Assembly: GCA_009602725.1 (NCBI GenBank)
Contig: WELB01000023.1
Span: forward strand, 323,637 to 387,636
Direction of reading: 5' to 3'
Source: Spirogloea muscicola
Lineage: Eukaryota
Length of the DNA stretch: 64,000 bases
Positions 61,195 through 64,000 of the stretch are shown here, piece by piece. The position numbers and the translations under genes were made by a program. Below the pieces are notes generated by a model that saw only the letters and a program-made list of their open reading frames with translations, had not been told where the DNA came from and did not search any database. Each line of letters begins with the position of its first letter. Position 1 is the stretch's first letter.

Positions 61195-63505
61195 AAAGAA
61201 GAAGTGGCACTCCCAATGGGGGCAAGGGCTGCGAAAAGCCAGCCCAAAAAGAATTGACAAAGATGGAGTCTTCCAGTAGAGGGCGATGGCTGTGATTGGC
61301 CAGCCCAGAAAAAAGAAAGAACAAACTTCGAAGGGGCCAAAAAAGCGCCAAAGCACACAGCGACTCAAGTGGCCACTGGATGCTCAACATTCCCTGTTGA
61401 GCAGCCTCAGAACAGCGAAACTAGTCTCCAAGTAGCGGGTTCCCTGTCGGATTTGCTGTTGCTCACTTGTGGGTACTGAGCTTCCATCTGCATCATCTCG
61501 TGTCTGATTGTGTACTTTTTCCATTCGGCACCTCTTTGGATTTTGGGCATTGTCCGTTGTCTTTAGGCTGGCTTTGCCAGCCCCTCTTCTCTATGGGCGA
61601 GCACTTTCTTCTTGTCTATAGCCAGAGGCTGCAGCCAAAGCACAACCAGCACGCAGGTGAAGCGCTTGTGCCACTGAGGCCCAAAGAAAGAAGTGGCTCT
61701 CCCAATGGGGGCCAAAGCTGTGAGAAGCCAGCCCGAAAGAATCGACAAGGGAAGGGGCCAAACTACATAAGGGGCCAGAAGCGCACTTCTCAAAACAGGG
61801 GTAGGATGAATCACTCAATAGCAACAAGCAATGAGCAATAGCCCAGAAAGGTCACAAGGTGCCCTCCGACGCCAAGAGCGCACCGGGGTTGGCTGCCTCC
61901 CAGCTCATCTGGCTTATGTTGCTGCTGCTGACGCGGGGGCTCTGAGAAGAAAGTAAGTGCGCGCCCATAGAGAAGAGGGGCTGGCAGAAGAAAGTGCTCG
62001 CCCATTGAGGATAGGGGCTGGAAAACCCAGCCCAAAACAGAATGAACAAAGTACGAGAAGGGGGCCAGGGGGAGCGCTAAGAATAACAAGCACAGGAAGA
62101 AACAAAGCAGCTACGAGTCACTCAGTAACCCCTGCTAAGCAGCCGCAGACCAGAGATGTTCCTGGAAGTGGGTTTCCTGGCCAGAGGCAGCAGCGAGGGC
62201 TCTGCCGGCACAAAGGTGCAGCGCGCGGCCCATCGACCTCTATAGCGAGACGGCCAGGCGCATACGGTACACTTGCGCCAGCGACCCGGCTGCAGGAAAG
62301 TCCACCGGCTCCCCATGGAAGCGACGGCAATGTAGTGCTCGGGCTGGCCATCCGTACGGCGCTTGCCAGGGACTTAGCGTCAGCATAGCGCCAAGTGAAG
62401 CAAGGCAGCCCTAGCCTGCAGAGCCAGCCGGTACTCCTGGGCATGGAACAGAAGCAGCCCGAGTGGCCTCCCCCCTCTTTGCGCACTCCATCGCCCCTCC
62501 ACATCCAGCATTCGCTTGCAGTCCTCCTGCGCAAGCCACTTCCCTCGGCGAGCATTTACTCGTTCTGGCTGAATGACGATCATGGCTGGGCTGCACTCCA
62601 CTTGCCGCATGGCAGAGCGGATTGCCCCCCCGATACCTATCTGTTGGGCCGCCGCGACGGAGGAGTCGGTGAATAAGCCACTGGCAAGCGCGCCGTTGCC
62701 CACCAGAGGAGAAGAAAGGGCTCGCCCATTGAGGATAGGGGCTGGACAAGCCAGCCCAAAAAAGAAGGAACAAAGAACGAGAAGGGGGCCAGAGGAAGGC
62801 AGAGGAAGCGCTAAGAAACCAAAGCACACAAAGAAGATAAGGAACTACAAATTACTCAGTAACCCCTGCTAAGCAGCCGCAAATCTGAGAGGCTAGGGTC
62901 CTGGAAGTGGGTCCCCTGGACAGAGCCAGAGGCAGCAGCGAGGGCTCTCCCGGAGAGAAGAGAAGAGAAGACGAAGAGAAGCGGCTCTTCCAAGGGGGCG
63001 AGGGCAGTGACAAGCCAGCCCACAAAAGAAGTAAGCGCGGCCAGATTGACTGGTGGCTGGGAGAGGCCACAAAAGAAAGACTGCGGCTGCTGATGATAAA
63101 AGAATGGCTGTGAAAGCCAGCCAGGTGAATACAAAGGGTGTTGATTAGCATATCAGCGGAGCCAGAAAAGAGTGAAAAGGAAGAGGGGAGCTCGCCAGTC
63201 CCCCCTCCACTCAGCAAATTCCAGAAGGCTTGGAGAAGAAAGAAGAAGGGCTCGCCCATTGAGAATATGGGCTGGAACAGCCAGCCCAAAAAAGAATGAA
63301 CAGAGTACAAGAAGAGGGGGGGGGGAAGCCAGAAGAGGGGAGCTCGCCAGTCCCCCCTCCACTCAGCAAATTCCAGAAGGCTTGGAGAAGAAAGAAGAAA
63401 GAGCTCGCCCATTGAGGATAGGGGCTGGAACAGCCAGCCCAAAAAAGAATGAGCAGAGTACAAGAAGCCCAAGAAGAAGGGGGCCAGGCGAAGCACTAAG
63501 AGAGA
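61195..63505 (-). mobile_element. Dense cluster of CRE-like 3' fragments, mostly minus strand, including ~61990-62320, ~62710-62950 and a 152-bp-period duplication at 63180-63465
   Basis: FHGEPVDFPAAGSLAQVYRMRLAVS; PSLSDLRLLSRGY*; at least eight copies of the terminal hairpin motif. Confidence 0.82.
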
Positions 63506-64000
63506 AGGGATCATCGCGTGACCGGGCACGGTCATCATTCGGCGCCCGGCGGCTTCGCTTGCGCTCGCCCAGCGCTGCCACGTGGCACGCATGCAGAGAA
63601 AATTTCCAGGATGAAATAGGAGATAATAATAGAATGGCAAATTGCTCCCATAGACTGAAAATCATGAGAATGTAATTTTTTGCTTTGCTCTTACCACCAA
63701 CGATAGTGAGAAGATCCACGATTTGCTTCTGCAAGCTTGTGAAGATCATCTCTTCTCTTACGTGCAGCGCCGCTTTCACTGGCAGCATCCAAAATTTAAG
63801 CATATAATCATTAATCTAAGCTCAAAGTCTTTTTTGTCCTTTTAATAGCTGCTCTACGAATCCAACGAATTGCCAAGCTTTTTCGGCGTTGTGCTGAGAT
63901 GATAGAGGGCACGATATGAGTGGTGACCAGAAATGCGGACTTTCCTGCACTCTACTGTAGGTTTGATATTGTCTATCGCTTCTTGAATTAGTGCGATGAC

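Noticed and set aside
61195..63465. Repeated hairpin motif resembling a CRISPR array
   Set aside because: Spacing is irregular, orientations are mixed, the context is eukaryotic, there are no cas genes, and the motif is the 3' end of a retrotransposon.
62852..63640. 262-aa hydrophobic ORF
   Set aside because: It is a chance read-through of concatenated T/C-rich retrotransposon 3' UTRs.

Overview
A GC-rich, intron-rich eukaryotic nuclear window from a green plant lineage. A streptophyte alga is most likely; this is inferred from the plant-type ARC6, leaf-type FNR, AIG1 and RCC1 genes, TTTAGGG-like repeats, and GC-rich 5' exons. It has three large N gaps and several single-N collapsed gaps. 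Genes in order: MFAP1 (+), two tandem signal-peptide bicupin 11S-globulin-like genes (-), an unidentified gene (+), an RCC1-repeat gene (-), TatD (-), leaf-type FNR (+), ARC6 (+), ARP6 (-), a head-to-head secreted Cys-rich ependymin-like gene (+), CHID1 (+), and two tandem AIG1/IAN GTPases with CaaX tails (+). Intergenic DNA is dominated by dozens of 5'-truncated pieces of a CRE-like non-LTR retrotransposon with a restriction-like endonuclease (RLE). These share the C-terminus SDL-x-(L/V)-L-(T/S)-R-G-Y-stop but carry at least three different 3' UTRs. The main type ends in a conserved ~40-nt double-hairpin or possible pseudoknot plus a (CTT)n tail. The elements nest into each other and into other repeats with readable 9-, 10- and apparently 68-bp target duplications. 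Also present are a tandem pair of PIF/Harbinger MITEs, a probable non-autonomous Helitron family, and degenerate telomere-like tracts in an ARP6 intron and in the ARP6 bidirectional promoter. Exon boundaries were placed by eye and are approximate.
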